Positions 9,131 to 18,967 of a stretch of 64,000 nt of DNA are shown here, piece after piece. The notes below the pieces were generated by a model. The model was given only the letters and a program-made list of their open reading frames with translations. It was not told where the DNA came from and ran no database searches. The position numbers were made by a program, and so were the translations under genes. This DNA is from Candidatus Calditenuis fumarioli (GTDB lineage: Archaea; Thermoproteota; Nitrososphaeria_A; Caldarchaeales; Calditenuaceae), in assembly GCA_030059665.1 (NCBI GenBank), contig JANVYR010000001.1, positions 704,001-768,000 on the forward strand, read 5' to 3'. The first letter of the stretch is position 1; the number at the start of each line of letters is the position of its first letter.

Positions 9131-9677
9131 GGCGGCACTCCTCGCAGAGGAGCTGGTCGTCGACGCGCCGGAGCATGTCGCTCCACTCTCCGCAGGAGTC
9201 GCAGTACCCCTCGAAGTAGGGCTCCTGGGTCCTGAGGGTGATGCCTCCGATCCTGACCTGCTCCTTTACGATCTCCATGATGTCCGGTGTGAACTTCAGC
9301 ACGTCCTTCATACTCAGGATCCCCGCAACCCTTCCCCTGTATGTCACCACCAGCCTGCTGACGTTCAGCTTCGACATCAGCCTCACCGCCTCCTCCAGCG
9401 GCTCGTCGGGCCCGACGGTGATCAGCGGCGACGACATGATCTCGGAGAGCCTGACCTCGCTCGGCCTCCGGTCCCGAGCCACTACCTTCTCGACCAGGTC
9501 CCGCTTGGTCACGATCCCCACCGGTTCCTTGTTCCGGGTGACAAGGACGCTGCTGATCCGGTAACGGGCCATCTGCTCCGCTGCGTCCTTTGCGGTCGCC
9601 GACTCCTCGAGGTCTATCACGGGGCTGGTCATCAGGTCCCTCACCAGTATCTCCCTCGTCAGGAACCCCTCCCTCAA
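9099..9677 (-). CDS. CBS-domain pair protein with C-terminal Zn-binding motif
   Basis: Two CBS repeats (VRDLMT.PV...GIVT.RD; IMSSPLITV...GILS..D) plus GYCDSCGE...LLCEEC. Confidence 0.9.
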   Translation of the reverse strand: MREGFLTREILVRDLMTSPVIDLEESATAKDAAEQMARYRISSVLVTRNKEPVGIVTKRDLVEKVVARDRRPSEVRLSEIMSSPLITVGPDEPLEEAVRLMSKLNVSRLVVTYRGRVAGILSMKDVLKFTPDIMEIVKEQVRIGGITLRTQEPYFEGYCDSCGEWSDMLRRVDDQLLCEECRLELERGRPTE

Positions 9678-9810
9678 GCCGAGCAGAGTCGTTCCCTTGG
9701 AGCTTTAAGCGTTGGCTTTGAACTCCTCGAGGACCGATGAGGTGTTTCCTCGCCGATCTCCCATTCTACGGGTCAACGTTATTCAACCCGCTCGCCTTCC
9801 GGATGAGAGG

Positions 9811-10452
9811 ATGGGCTGGGAGGAGCTGATACCCCTGATAGTGGTGGTCTCGGCCAGCGGCGTTTTATCGCCGGGGCCGCTCTTCGTGGTCACGGTCGCC
9901 TCGAGCATCAGGAACGGGCCCTGGACCGGCCTCAAGACCTCGACGGGCCACGCGCTGGTGGAGTTCCCCCTGGTGATGGTCATCGCCGCGGGCCTCTCGA
10001 CCGTGCTCGGCGACCCGACGGTCCATCTCTTCATCGGAATCCTGGGAGGAGGAGCGCTGGTGGCATTCGGGCTGCTCGGAACCTTCTCGGCGATCCGCTG
10101 GCGGAGCGAAGAACCCGGGACACGGGACCCCTACGGCCTCAGACACGGACCGCTTCTGGCGGGAGCGCTCTTCACCGGCCTGAACCCCTTCTTCATCGCC
10201 TGGTGGCTCACCGTCGGCGCCTCCCTGATCGCCCGGGCCCTCGAACTTGCCTCGTACACCGGCGCGATGATCCTCTTCGCCTCCCACATATGGATGGACT
10301 ACGCCTGGCTGACCCTCGTCGGGTTCGCCGCCTACCGGGGGCTCTCTCTGACGGGTCACAAAGCCTTGAGGTACGTCGAGCTGGCTCTTTCGATCGTCCT
10401 AGTTCTCCTCGGCCTCTGGCTGGCCTACGGAACCCTCACGGGGACGCACTGA
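9811..10452 (+). CDS. LysE/RhtB family translocator
   Basis: LSPGPL, GH.LVE, LNPFFIAWW; six hydrophobic segments; ATG at 9811. Confidence 0.88.
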   Translation: MGWEELIPLIVVVSASGVLSPGPLFVVTVASSIRNGPWTGLKTSTGHALVEFPLVMVIAAGLSTVLGDPTVHLFIGILGGGALVAFGLLGTFSAIRWRSEEPGTRDPYGLRHGPLLAGALFTGLNPFFIAWWLTVGASLIARALELASYTGAMILFASHIWMDYAWLTLVGFAAYRGLSLTGHKALRYVELALSIVLVLLGLWLAYGTLTGTH

Positions 10453-10549
10453 CCCGGGCAGTTCCGGACGTTCTAGGCGCGGTTCCACCCGACGAACGTC
10501 GAATTCCGGAGATTCCGCTTCCCCGGAACTCATCAATCTCTAATACCGC

Positions 10550-11737
10550 GTGGACCGAGTTAGGCCGCAGTTGGAGGGGTCCGGGGGCAGCAGGACGCTG
10601 ATACTGGTGGTGGACGAGGACGACGACATCGGCAGGAAGACCGGGTGGAAGACGCCCATCCTCGGGAGGGACAAGAACTTCCTCGCGGCCAAGGACCTCC
10701 TCCTCTCGGACCCCGAGGAGGCCGACGCGAACGCCATGTTCGCGGCCGTGAAACTGTACGACGAGCTCTCCAAGTCCTCGGATGGGCCCTGCGAGCTCGC
10801 GACGGTCGCCGGGAAGCCTGGAGGCGGTCTCGACTCGGACAGGAAGCTGGCCCAGGAGATAGACGAGGTCCTCTCGGAGTTCCCAGCGGACCAGTGCATA
10901 GTCATCACCGACGGGCCCCTGACGGACTCGGTCAACGCGATCATCACCTCCAGGGTCAAGGTGCTCTCGGTCAGGAAGCTCGTGGTCAAGCAGAGCCCCT
11001 CGATCGAGACGACGTGGATCCTGCTGGGCAAGTACCTCAGAACCGCCCTCTTCGAGTTCGAGTACTCCAGGGTCATCCTCGGCATTCCCGGAGCCCTCGC
11101 CATCATCATAGGCCTCCTGCTCCAGTACAACCTCCTCTCGCCTCCGATACTGCTGGTGCTTTTCGGTGCGGTCCTCGCTGTCAGGGGATTCGGGATCGAC
11201 ACGGCCGTCGTCTCGTTCTTCCGGAGGGTCTGGACGATACCCTACCGTCCCGCTCTGACGCAGCTCAGGATCTATGTCGGCTTCTCCTCGGCCCTGCTGA
11301 TGGTGGCCGCAATCTTCGCAGGCATCAACGGCATCACGGCCTTCGTCTCCGCCAACTTCCCCAACGCGCCCCCGTTCCCTGAGGACCCAGCCTTCTGGAT
11401 CCAGAGAGCGGGCCCGCTGGCCGGAGCCTTCCTCCTCAGCTCGGTAGACCTCGTGATCGTCGCCGCATCGATATCGCTCGCCTACGACCTGTTCTACCAG
11501 CTCTACCTGAGGAGCGTCCGCGTGGTCAGGTCGGCCCAGGCGATAGCGCTCGCGATCTTCCTCTGGGCCCTGTTCAGGTCTCTCGGTTCCTACCTCGTCA
11601 GGGGAGAGGAGATCTACCTGACCCAGATGGTCCTGATAGCCGTCATGGGGGTCGCCTCGCTCGCCACCATCTACGTGCTCCTGCTCAGCGTCGGGCTTCC
11701 CGTGCTTCGTCTGAGGTCGCGGGGTGAGGCGGAGTGA
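10550..11737 (+). CDS. DUF373 family membrane protein
   Basis: LILVVDEDDDIGRK, DPEEADAN.MF, VVKQSPSIE followed by a multi-TM C-terminal half. Confidence 0.85.
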   Translation: MDRVRPQLEGSGGSRTLILVVDEDDDIGRKTGWKTPILGRDKNFLAAKDLLLSDPEEADANAMFAAVKLYDELSKSSDGPCELATVAGKPGGGLDSDRKLAQEIDEVLSEFPADQCIVITDGPLTDSVNAIITSRVKVLSVRKLVVKQSPSIETTWILLGKYLRTALFEFEYSRVILGIPGALAIIIGLLLQYNLLSPPILLVLFGAVLAVRGFGIDTAVVSFFRRVWTIPYRPALTQLRIYVGFSSALLMVAAIFAGINGITAFVSANFPNAPPFPEDPAFWIQRAGPLAGAFLLSSVDLVIVAASISLAYDLFYQLYLRSVRVVRSAQAIALAIFLWALFRSLGSYLVRGEEIYLTQMVLIAVMGVASLATIYVLLLSVGLPVLRLRSRGEAE

Positions 11738-12519
11738 TCAGGGGCCTGCTCAGGGCTCTGGGAGCCTACGCGATTTACGAGCGGTGGCTGCTGGAGACGG
11801 TGAGGAGGGGGCCGATGCCGAGGCACGTGGCCGTGATCCTCGACGGCAACAGGCGCTGGGCCAGGTCCAACGGCCTCCCGCTCGAGGAGGGGTACAGGAT
11901 CGGCGCGAGGAAGGTCGAGGCATTGCTCCGTTGGTGCCTCGACCTGGGGATAACCGCGGTCACCCTCTACGTCCTCTCGTTGGAGAACCTGAGCAGGCGC
12001 CCCCGAGAGGAGATCGAGGCCATCTACAGGGTGCTGATAGAGTCGACCGAGCGTTTCCTCTCGGACCCGGAGGTGAGGAGGAGGAAAGTGAGGGTGAAGG
12101 TGATCGGCAGGACCTGGCTGCTCCCGGATAACGTGAGGGAGGCCCTGGAGAGGCTGGTGGCCGAGACGGCGGATCACGACTCCCACTTTCTGACGCTGGC
12201 CGTCGCATACGGAGGGAGGGACGAGATCGTGCAGGCCGTGAGGAGGCTGGTGAGCGACGTCGTATCGGGAGAGGTGCCGCCTGAGGCGATCGACGAGCAC
12301 GTCTTCAGCAGGTACCTTTACACCGCAGACCTTCCCTTCCCGGAACCTGACCTGGTCATCAGGACCTCTGGGGAGGAGCGGATAAGCAACTTCCTCCTCT
12401 GGCAGATCGCGTATAGCGAGCTGGTCTTCCTCGACGTCTACTGGCCCGACTTCAGGAGGATAGACCTCCTCAGGGCCATCAGGACCTATCAGGCGAGGGA
12501 GAGGAGGTTCGGGGCGTGA
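11734..12519 (+). CDS. uppS: cis-prenyltransferase (polyprenyl diphosphate synthase)
   Basis: HVAVILDGNRRWA, YVLSLENL.R, YGGRDEI, DLVIRTSGEERISNFLLWQ. Confidence 0.95.
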   Translation: MIRGLLRALGAYAIYERWLLETVRRGPMPRHVAVILDGNRRWARSNGLPLEEGYRIGARKVEALLRWCLDLGITAVTLYVLSLENLSRRPREEIEAIYRVLIESTERFLSDPEVRRRKVRVKVIGRTWLLPDNVREALERLVAETADHDSHFLTLAVAYGGRDEIVQAVRRLVSDVVSGEVPPEAIDEHVFSRYLYTADLPFPEPDLVIRTSGEERISNFLLWQIAYSELVFLDVYWPDFRRIDLLRAIRTYQARERRFGA

Positions 12520-12526
12520 AAGGGGC

Positions 12527-13624
12527 TCAGACGTCGATCTCGTAGTCGTGGAGGCTGAACGTCGTCAACCTCTCCGCGCCCCTCTCCGTCACCAGAACCG
12601 TGTCCTCGAGGCGTACCCCCCACTTCCCCTTGATGTAGACGCCCGGCTCGCAGGTCACCACCATATTGGCGGCCAGCACCTCGCTGCTCGTCGGCGACAT
12701 CCTGGGCTGCTCGTGTATCTCCAGGCCCACTCCGTGCCCGAGGCTGTGCATGAAGTGCTGGTCGAGCCTCGCCTCCTCCAGCTTCCTCCTGGCGACGCTG
12801 TCGGGGTAGCTGCAGTGGGTGTCGGGCTTGATGTACTGCTCCGCCGCCTCCTTCGCCGCCAGCACGTACCGGTAAGCCGTCTCGAACTCCTCGCCGACCT
12901 TGCCGAGGGCGAAGGTCCTCGTGATGTCGGAGTGGTACCCCTCGACTACCGCACCCAGATCGATCAGGACCACGTCCCCCCTTGCCAGGGCCCTGTCCCT
13001 CATACCGCCCCTCTGGAGCGGCCCATGCGGCAGCGCAGACCGCGGTCCTGAAGCCACTATGACGTCGAACGCGGGCCTCTCCCCACCGGACCTGTGGATC
13101 TCCGCGAGGACCTCCGCCTTCACCTCGTTCTCGGTTATCCCGGGGTAAAGCACCTCGTACGCGGCCCTCATCGCCCTGTCAGCCACTTCGCACGCTCTCC
13201 TGATAGCCTGAATTTCCTCCTCGTCCTTCACCTCCCTCAGCTCCCAGATCACCGAGGAGCCCTGACGTATCTCCCTCTCCCTGAGCAGTGTCGAGTAGAG
13301 CCTGTACGTGTCGATGTCGATGTCGTCGACCGCTAAGGTGCCGTCGAGGGACGAGAGGGTCTCCGCGACGACCACCTCGAACCTCGCGTTCGTTCCCGTG
13401 TTGTTGATCTCGAGACCGCTGTACGCGTACTCCTCCGCGGCGTGAAGGCTCAGCGGCGGGACGAAGAGCACCGGCCTCTCGAGCTTGAGGGAGACCACGA
13501 GCGCCGCCGGCCCGTCGATCCCGGCGAAGTAGAGGAGGTTCGGCCCCCTCGTTATCAGGAAGTTCTCGATGCCGTGCACCCTCATCAGCGTCGCCAGCTT
13601 CTCGAGCCGCTCGGCGTACCTCAC
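12527..13624 (-). CDS. Xaa-Pro peptidase (M24B)
   Basis: ALPHG, DLG, SDITRT, HSLGHGVGLEIHE, CEPGVY, RLED. Confidence 0.93.
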   Translation of the reverse strand: MRYAERLEKLATLMRVHGIENFLITRGPNLLYFAGIDGPAALVVSLKLERPVLFVPPLSLHAAEEYAYSGLEINNTGTNARFEVVVAETLSSLDGTLAVDDIDIDTYRLYSTLLREREIRQGSSVIWELREVKDEEEIQAIRRACEVADRAMRAAYEVLYPGITENEVKAEVLAEIHRSGGERPAFDVIVASGPRSALPHGPLQRGGMRDRALARGDVVLIDLGAVVEGYHSDITRTFALGKVGEEFETAYRYVLAAKEAAEQYIKPDTHCSYPDSVARRKLEEARLDQHFMHSLGHGVGLEIHEQPRMSPTSSEVLAANMVVTCEPGVYIKGKWGVRLEDTVLVTERGAERLTTFSLHDYEIDV

Positions 13625-13746
13625 AGCCCTGCGTTCCCATCAGGACCGTATAAGGCGTTACGTCGCTGACCGGGCGAGCGGGCGAGCCGCTCCAACTCGA
13701 TCCAGCTTGGCACCCCTAAATCGATCCCTCGGTTTGTTCGGGAGGC

Positions 13747-14754
13747 TTGGGGCCCATCGAGGGCTGGTACGTGACCTTCAGGGGCAGCCACTTCGCGGTG
13801 AAGGGCCTGATCCATCCGGAGGGGAGGGTGGTTGCGGTGCTGGCCTGGAGGAAACACCGCGAGGGCTTCATGAGGGCACGCGGGCTCATCGAAACCTACG
13901 CCTTCCTCAAGGAGCACGGTGAGAGGTACCTCTTTTTCGACGACCAATCGGGTCAGGTGCTGCCCGCGGTTCCGCTCGCTGAGCTCGAGGCGATCCTGGA
14001 GCCTCAAAACGTGGCCTCCCTCAGGAAGAGGGGCGACCTGAGCGAAAGCGTTCGGGCTTTGATGGAGGAGCTAGCGGATCACGGCGTCGAAGCGAGGCTA
14101 ACCGGATCCATGCTCCTGGGTCTGCACGGCCCCGGTTCGGACGCGGACCTCGTCGTCTACTCAATAGAGCAGAGGAAGGCCGCGCTGGAGGTCCTGGGCG
14201 AGATGAGGTCGCGGGGACGAGTCGAGGTGAACGTCAAGCACCTGCTTCGCGACTTCGCCGAGCGGAGGGCCGACAGCCTGATGGGGCCGCGCGAGTGGTT
14301 GGCCCACGAGGTGAGGAAATCGCTCCTGGGGAGCTACAGGGGACTGCCCTTCTCGGTCAAGGCGGTTCACCTTCCGGAGGAGCACTGGGAGGTCAGGAGG
14401 TCCTCGAGGTGGAGGTCGATGGGCGAGGTAGCTCTGGTTTGCGAGGTCCTGGACGACGTTTTCGCTCCGGACACGCCCAACATGTACAGGGTCAGGCCCG
14501 TCGAGCTGCTTTGGGGAAGGGAGGAGGGGATGGAGGTGGGATGGGTGGAGTCGCTCAGGTCGAGGTTCTCCGAGCAGGCCCGCGCCGGAGAGGAGGTCCT
14601 AGTGGCGGGAAGGCTCGAGGTCGACCTCCGCTCGTGGAGGTACAGGGTCTTCGTCTCGGGTGAGCGGACCCACCTGATCGCTTCGAGGCAGGCGCTCGGA
14701 GACCTCTGGTCCGGGCTGGTCGAGCGGGTGAGGGGCGTTGGAGGTCAGGGTTAG
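13747..14754 (+). CDS. Predicted nucleotidyltransferase (COG1665-like)
   Basis: VKGLIHP.GRV, LTGSMLLG..G..SDADLVVY (pol-beta-type GS..D.D motif), C-terminal OB-like region. Confidence 0.72.
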   Translation: MGPIEGWYVTFRGSHFAVKGLIHPEGRVVAVLAWRKHREGFMRARGLIETYAFLKEHGERYLFFDDQSGQVLPAVPLAELEAILEPQNVASLRKRGDLSESVRALMEELADHGVEARLTGSMLLGLHGPGSDADLVVYSIEQRKAALEVLGEMRSRGRVEVNVKHLLRDFAERRADSLMGPREWLAHEVRKSLLGSYRGLPFSVKAVHLPEEHWEVRRSSRWRSMGEVALVCEVLDDVFAPDTPNMYRVRPVELLWGREEGMEVGWVESLRSRFSEQARAGEEVLVAGRLEVDLRSWRYRVFVSGERTHLIASRQALGDLWSGLVERVRGVGGQG

Positions 14755-15664
14755 GACCGGGACGAGGCTCCACATGGGCTTCACCTCCTCAGCCGAAGAC
14801 GTCAGGCCCTGGTCGGGAATAGGCCTCGCGATCGAGGAGCCACCGGTGGAGGTCAGGGCGTTCTCATCGGACAGGTTGGAGGTTGTCGGCGAGGCGGAGC
14901 ACCGGAGGGTAATCCTGAGAGCCCTCGGCATGATGGGGCTGGAGGGCCTGACGGCGAGGATAGAGGTCAAGGCGCCTGACCTGCACGTAGGCCTTGGGAC
15001 CACCACCCAGCTGACGCTCGCGGCCTGCACCGCTGTGCTCGCCCTCTCGGGCCGTCACGTGGACCCGATCGAGGTGGCGCGCGTCACCGGCAGGGGACAG
15101 AGGTCCTGGATCGGGATCGCGGCCTTCGCGAGAGGCGGCTTCGTCGTCGACCTCGGGAGGAGGAGGGACGGGTGGCACCACGACTTCCTGACGCTCCCCT
15201 TCCCGGAGGAGTGGGCTACAATCGTCTGCATTCCGAGGGGCGCGAGGGGACCCGACGAGGCGGAGGAGGCCTTCAGGCTGGAGTCCTTCAGGCTCGATCC
15301 GGAGCGCGTTAGGGAGCTCAGGTCGCTGGTTCTGGGACTCGTGGTTCCCGGGCTGATGGGGCGCGACTTCGAGGAGTTCTGTCGCGGCATCGAGATGGTC
15401 CAGCATACAGTCGGCGACGCCTTCAGTCACCTCCAGGGAGGGAGGTTCAACGTCCGGTCGTCGGAGGCGGTGGAAGCGCTGGTCTCAGCTGGCGCAGCGG
15501 GCGTGGGTCAGTCGAGCTGGGGTCCAACGGTCTACGGCTTCACTTCATCGAGCGCGGAGGCGTTGAGGATCTCGAGGTCGGTGATGGAACAGCTGGGCCA
15601 TCGCTGGTCTGTCCTCGTGACCAGGGGCAGGAACAGGGGCGCCGAGGTCCACCAACGGAATTGA
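14738..15664 (+). CDS. beta-ribofuranosylaminobenzene 5'-phosphate synthase family (GHMP fold)
   Basis: TRLHMGF, HVGLGTTTQL, GRG..SWIG..AF..GGFVVD.G, GQSSWGPTVY. Confidence 0.85.
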   Translation: MEVRVRTGTRLHMGFTSSAEDVRPWSGIGLAIEEPPVEVRAFSSDRLEVVGEAEHRRVILRALGMMGLEGLTARIEVKAPDLHVGLGTTTQLTLAACTAVLALSGRHVDPIEVARVTGRGQRSWIGIAAFARGGFVVDLGRRRDGWHHDFLTLPFPEEWATIVCIPRGARGPDEAEEAFRLESFRLDPERVRELRSLVLGLVVPGLMGRDFEEFCRGIEMVQHTVGDAFSHLQGGRFNVRSSEAVEALVSAGAAGVGQSSWGPTVYGFTSSSAEALRISRSVMEQLGHRWSVLVTRGRNRGAEVHQRN

Positions 15665-15706
15665 TCGGTGACAGGTGAGGCTAAGAGTTGTAGCCTGTGT
15701 GCGGCT

Positions 15707-16348
15707 TCACTCTCCGAGGTACTTCCGCCTGACGGCATCGCAGATTTCCCTGATCCTCTCGGTCGGTCCGAGCCTCTCCGCCAGCGAGAGCAGCTCTCTC
15801 ACCCGCGTCCTCAGCTCCTCGGCCCTTGACTCGTCTACCCCCTTGAAGACCGGTATCCTCGAGGCGTGGACGGCGGCCTCGACCAGCGCGGCGAGGGACC
15901 GCGTGAAGGGCCTGCGCCGACCCTCACCGAGGTGTAATGAGACGGGCCTCAGCTCGAAGCGGTTCCAGGTTTCGTCCTGGGAGAGGAGTTCGGCCCTCGC
16001 GAGGACCGCGGCGAACGCGCCCCTGACCGCCGGCACCTCCCAGCCCCTGACCTCCTCGAAGCCCATCTCCACGACGCCGAGGTCGAGCGCTGCCTCCACG
16101 AGCAATTCCTCGTCAACCACGTTCAGCACCACCACGCCGTTCCTAAGGAGGTTGGAGGAGGTCACCGAGCTCCTGGCGAGCTTGGAGACCGCTTTCCACC
16201 CCAGCTCGTCCCTCTTGAAGACACATCCCATCGCGGCCGCATGGGGCCTGCCGTCAGCGCCGACGGTCACCGCGACCAGCTCGTAGACCACTCCCTCCTC
16301 GACGCCGAGAGCCGAGAGGTCCGGTCTCCCTCCCTCAGGACTCGCCAT
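15707..16348 (-). CDS. DUF447 family protein (flavin-reductase-like split barrel)
   Basis: YELVAVT...PHAAAMG, T..NL...G..V.NV, ALVEAAVHASR. Confidence 0.8.
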   Translation of the reverse strand: MASPEGGRPDLSALGVEEGVVYELVAVTVGADGRPHAAAMGCVFKRDELGWKAVSKLARSSVTSSNLLRNGVVVLNVVDEELLVEAALDLGVVEMGFEEVRGWEVPAVRGAFAAVLARAELLSQDETWNRFELRPVSLHLGEGRRRPFTRSLAALVEAAVHASRIPVFKGVDESRAEELRTRVRELLSLAERLGPTERIREICDAVRRKYLGE

Positions 16349-16409
16349 CGGTCCCTCAGCTTGAGGTCTGCGGTGGCACTCAAAAGTAACGGCGCGTCAG
16401 GCAGAGGGG

Positions 16410-17366
16410 ATGGTCGCGGCGATCGAGGTCGAGGGTCTGCGGAAGACGTACGTGGAGCGGAGGCTCTGGAGGGTGAAACGGGTGGTGACCGCGCTGGATT
16501 CCGTCACCTTCGCGATCGAGCGGGGCACTATGGTGGCACTCCTCGGACCCAACGGCGCAGGCAAGTCCACAACCGTCAGGATCCTCAGCACCCTCCTTCT
16601 GCCCGACGGAGGGACTGCGCGCGTCATGGGCCACGACGTCGTCAAGGAGGCGAGTTCCGTCAGGAGGGTCATCGGCGTGATGCTCGACCCGGAGAAGGGC
16701 CACTTCGGCCGGCTGACGGGGCTGGAGAACCTGGTCTTCTACGGGGTGCTCCACGGCCTCACCAGGTCCGATGCGAGGTCGAGGGCGGTCGAGCTCCTGG
16801 AGCAGTTCGGGCTCGGTGACGCTAGGGACAGGCCCGTCGAGGGCTACTCGAAGGGGATGAAGGCCCGGCTCGCGATCTGCAGGGTCCTGATTCATGACCC
16901 GGAGGTCCTCATTCTGGACGAGCCCACCGCGGGCCTCGACCCGATCTCGGCGCGGGAGGTGAGGGAGAGGCTAAAGGGGCTGAAGAGGGAGGGGAGGACA
17001 GTGCTCGTGACGACCCACAACCTCTGGGAGGCTGAGGAGCTGAGCGACCGGCTGATCGTCCTCAACCGGGGCCGCGTCATCGCAGAGGGGACGCCGGAGG
17101 AGGTGAAGAGGGCGTTCGGGCTGATGTGGAACGTGGAGCTCGAGGTCTCCGGAAACCTCGAGGGCCTGAAGCTCGGCTGGGAGACGGAGCTGGGCATAAG
17201 CGAACGCGGCAGGCCCCTCCTTAAGGTGATGATCAGGGAGGACCCGTCGGAGCTCGTGCCCCTCATCCTCTCCGAGCTGAGGTCAAGGGGGGTCCAGGTC
17301 CTCTCGGTCAGCGTGAGGGAGCCGACGCTCGAGGAAGCCTTCGTGAGGGCCGTCGGGGGTGCCTGA
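16410..17366 (+). CDS. ABC-2 type exporter ATP-binding subunit
   Basis: GPNGAGKST, YSKGMK signature, ILDEPTAGLD, TTH, terminal EPTLEEAF. Confidence 0.93.
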   Translation: MVAAIEVEGLRKTYVERRLWRVKRVVTALDSVTFAIERGTMVALLGPNGAGKSTTVRILSTLLLPDGGTARVMGHDVVKEASSVRRVIGVMLDPEKGHFGRLTGLENLVFYGVLHGLTRSDARSRAVELLEQFGLGDARDRPVEGYSKGMKARLAICRVLIHDPEVLILDEPTAGLDPISAREVRERLKGLKREGRTVLVTTHNLWEAEELSDRLIVLNRGRVIAEGTPEEVKRAFGLMWNVELEVSGNLEGLKLGWETELGISERGRPLLKVMIREDPSELVPLILSELRSRGVQVLSVSVREPTLEEAFVRAVGGA

Positions 17367-17369
17367 GCT

Positions 17370-18176
17370 CTGAAGGCTATCGGCCGCTTCCTCGTCGTTG
17401 TTGAGTCGGACCTGAAGGAGCTCTGGCGCTCGGGCGAGCTTGTGCTGATGGCCGTTCTCCTCGCCTTCTTCCAGGGCCTCTTCTTCCTCATCGGGACCCT
17501 CGTCAGGCGCGAGCAGGAGCTCTTCGCCAGGATCTCGGGTTACAACGACTCGGTCCTCTACCAGATGGCAGGGGTTCCGGTCCTACTGCTGAGCCTCGTG
17601 ATGGTCTCGGCCGTCGGCGAGTACGTCATCGAGCTGGGGAGGAGAGGAGCGCTCGAGCACATCCAGACGCTTCCGGTTGACATGAAGCTGGTGATGGGCG
17701 CCCACGCCACAACGATCGTCTCCGTCTCGCTGCTTTACTACTTCGCGGTCACCGTCCCGTTCGTCTACCTCCGAGGAGGTCCAGGTGCGGTCGCTCACCT
17801 GCTCCCCGCGATGCTCGTGCTGGCGTTGGGGCTTCTGCCGCTCTTCCTCTTCGCGGCGCTCGTCGCTCTCCTCACCCTCCTCGTTCGCACAGAGGCCTTC
17901 CTCGAGCTGGTCTCCGCATCGGTCTACACCTTCACCGGGATAGCTTACCCCCTCACCGTCTTCCCCCAGTTCGTCGCGCTGGTGGCCCAGCTCCTGCCTC
18001 ACCCCCACGTGGCAGAGTCCGTCCGGCTCGCGGTCTTCTATGGCGTCCTCGAGCCGGCCCGTCTGGTCCCGATGCTGGCGGTGCTTGCGGGATACGCGGT
18101 CTTCTCCACCGCGATCTACTCCCGCATCGAGCGCGTCCTCAGGAGGGGAGGGAGGTATGAGGTCGTCACGGAGTGA
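17370..18176 (+). CDS. ABC-2 type permease (start uncertain: CTG 17370 or GTG 17442)
   Basis: Six-TM profile, TGIAYPLTVFP; the upstream in-frame ESDLKELWR helix is typical of ABC-2 permease N-termini. Confidence 0.8.
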   Translation: MKAIGRFLVVVESDLKELWRSGELVLMAVLLAFFQGLFFLIGTLVRREQELFARISGYNDSVLYQMAGVPVLLLSLVMVSAVGEYVIELGRRGALEHIQTLPVDMKLVMGAHATTIVSVSLLYYFAVTVPFVYLRGGPGAVAHLLPAMLVLALGLLPLFLFAALVALLTLLVRTEAFLELVSASVYTFTGIAYPLTVFPQFVALVAQLLPHPHVAESVRLAVFYGVLEPARLVPMLAVLAGYAVFSTAIYSRIERVLRRGGRYEVVTE

Positions 18177-18942
18177 CCTCTGGGCTGGCCTCTGGGCCTT
18201 CTCGAGGCTGCTGCTCAGGAGCCCGTGGTTCGCCGTCGGCCTGGTCACCGCACCGGTCTGGTCGATCGGGATAGGGCTGACCTTCGCGATACACTCTCCA
18301 TCGCTCCTCTCGGACCAGGGTTCCCTCAGGGCCCTCTCGCTCGGAGCCGGTTACTTCGTCGTGACCTCGATCGTCCTCTGGAACGTCGGCCACTTCCTCA
18401 GGCAGGTCAGGGAGGAGGGCGTCCTCCACTCGGTGATCGTCGCCGGCGGCAGGGTCGAGCTGCTGATGCTCAGCAGGGGCATCACGGCCCTCCCCTACAC
18501 GGCCCTCGCGATGGCGCTCTCGTATTCGGCGATGGTCTCGCTCCTCGGCTCGTCTCCGGTCCTGGTGGACCCAGCTGGCGCCGTGATCGCCTTCCTGCTA
18601 CTCCACGCTCTCCTGGTCTCCGTCTCTTTGCTCGCAGGGTCGGCGTTCCTTTGGATCAGGAGGCCTTGGCTGGTCACCAACCTCCTCCAGTTCCTGCTAC
18701 CGCTGAGCTCCGGCATGGTCCCCATCGAGCTGTTCCCCGAGCCCATCAGGTCCGTGGTCTCCGCCTCGCCCGTTGCCCACCTGTTCGAGCTCCTGAGGAG
18801 GACCGTCACCGGAACCGAATCCATCCCGCTCGCCGATGCGCAGCTGTTCCTCTCCGCGTCCCTATCGGTAGTCTCGCTGCTGGCGCTCTCGATGGTGGCG
18901 ATGAGGCTGTCCACCGAGAGGATGAGGAGGACGGGTGCTTAG
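18157..18942 (+). CDS. ABC-2 type permease (second subunit)
   Basis: Multi-TM protein, SGMVPIELFP...ASPVAH.FELLR; ATG at 18157. Confidence 0.82.
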   Translation: MRSSRSDLWAGLWAFSRLLLRSPWFAVGLVTAPVWSIGIGLTFAIHSPSLLSDQGSLRALSLGAGYFVVTSIVLWNVGHFLRQVREEGVLHSVIVAGGRVELLMLSRGITALPYTALAMALSYSAMVSLLGSSPVLVDPAGAVIAFLLLHALLVSVSLLAGSAFLWIRRPWLVTNLLQFLLPLSSGMVPIELFPEPIRSVVSASPVAHLFELLRRTVTGTESIPLADAQLFLSASLSVVSLLALSMVAMRLSTERMRRTGA

Positions 18943-18967
18943 ACCGGATGCTGGTCGAGAGCCGAGC

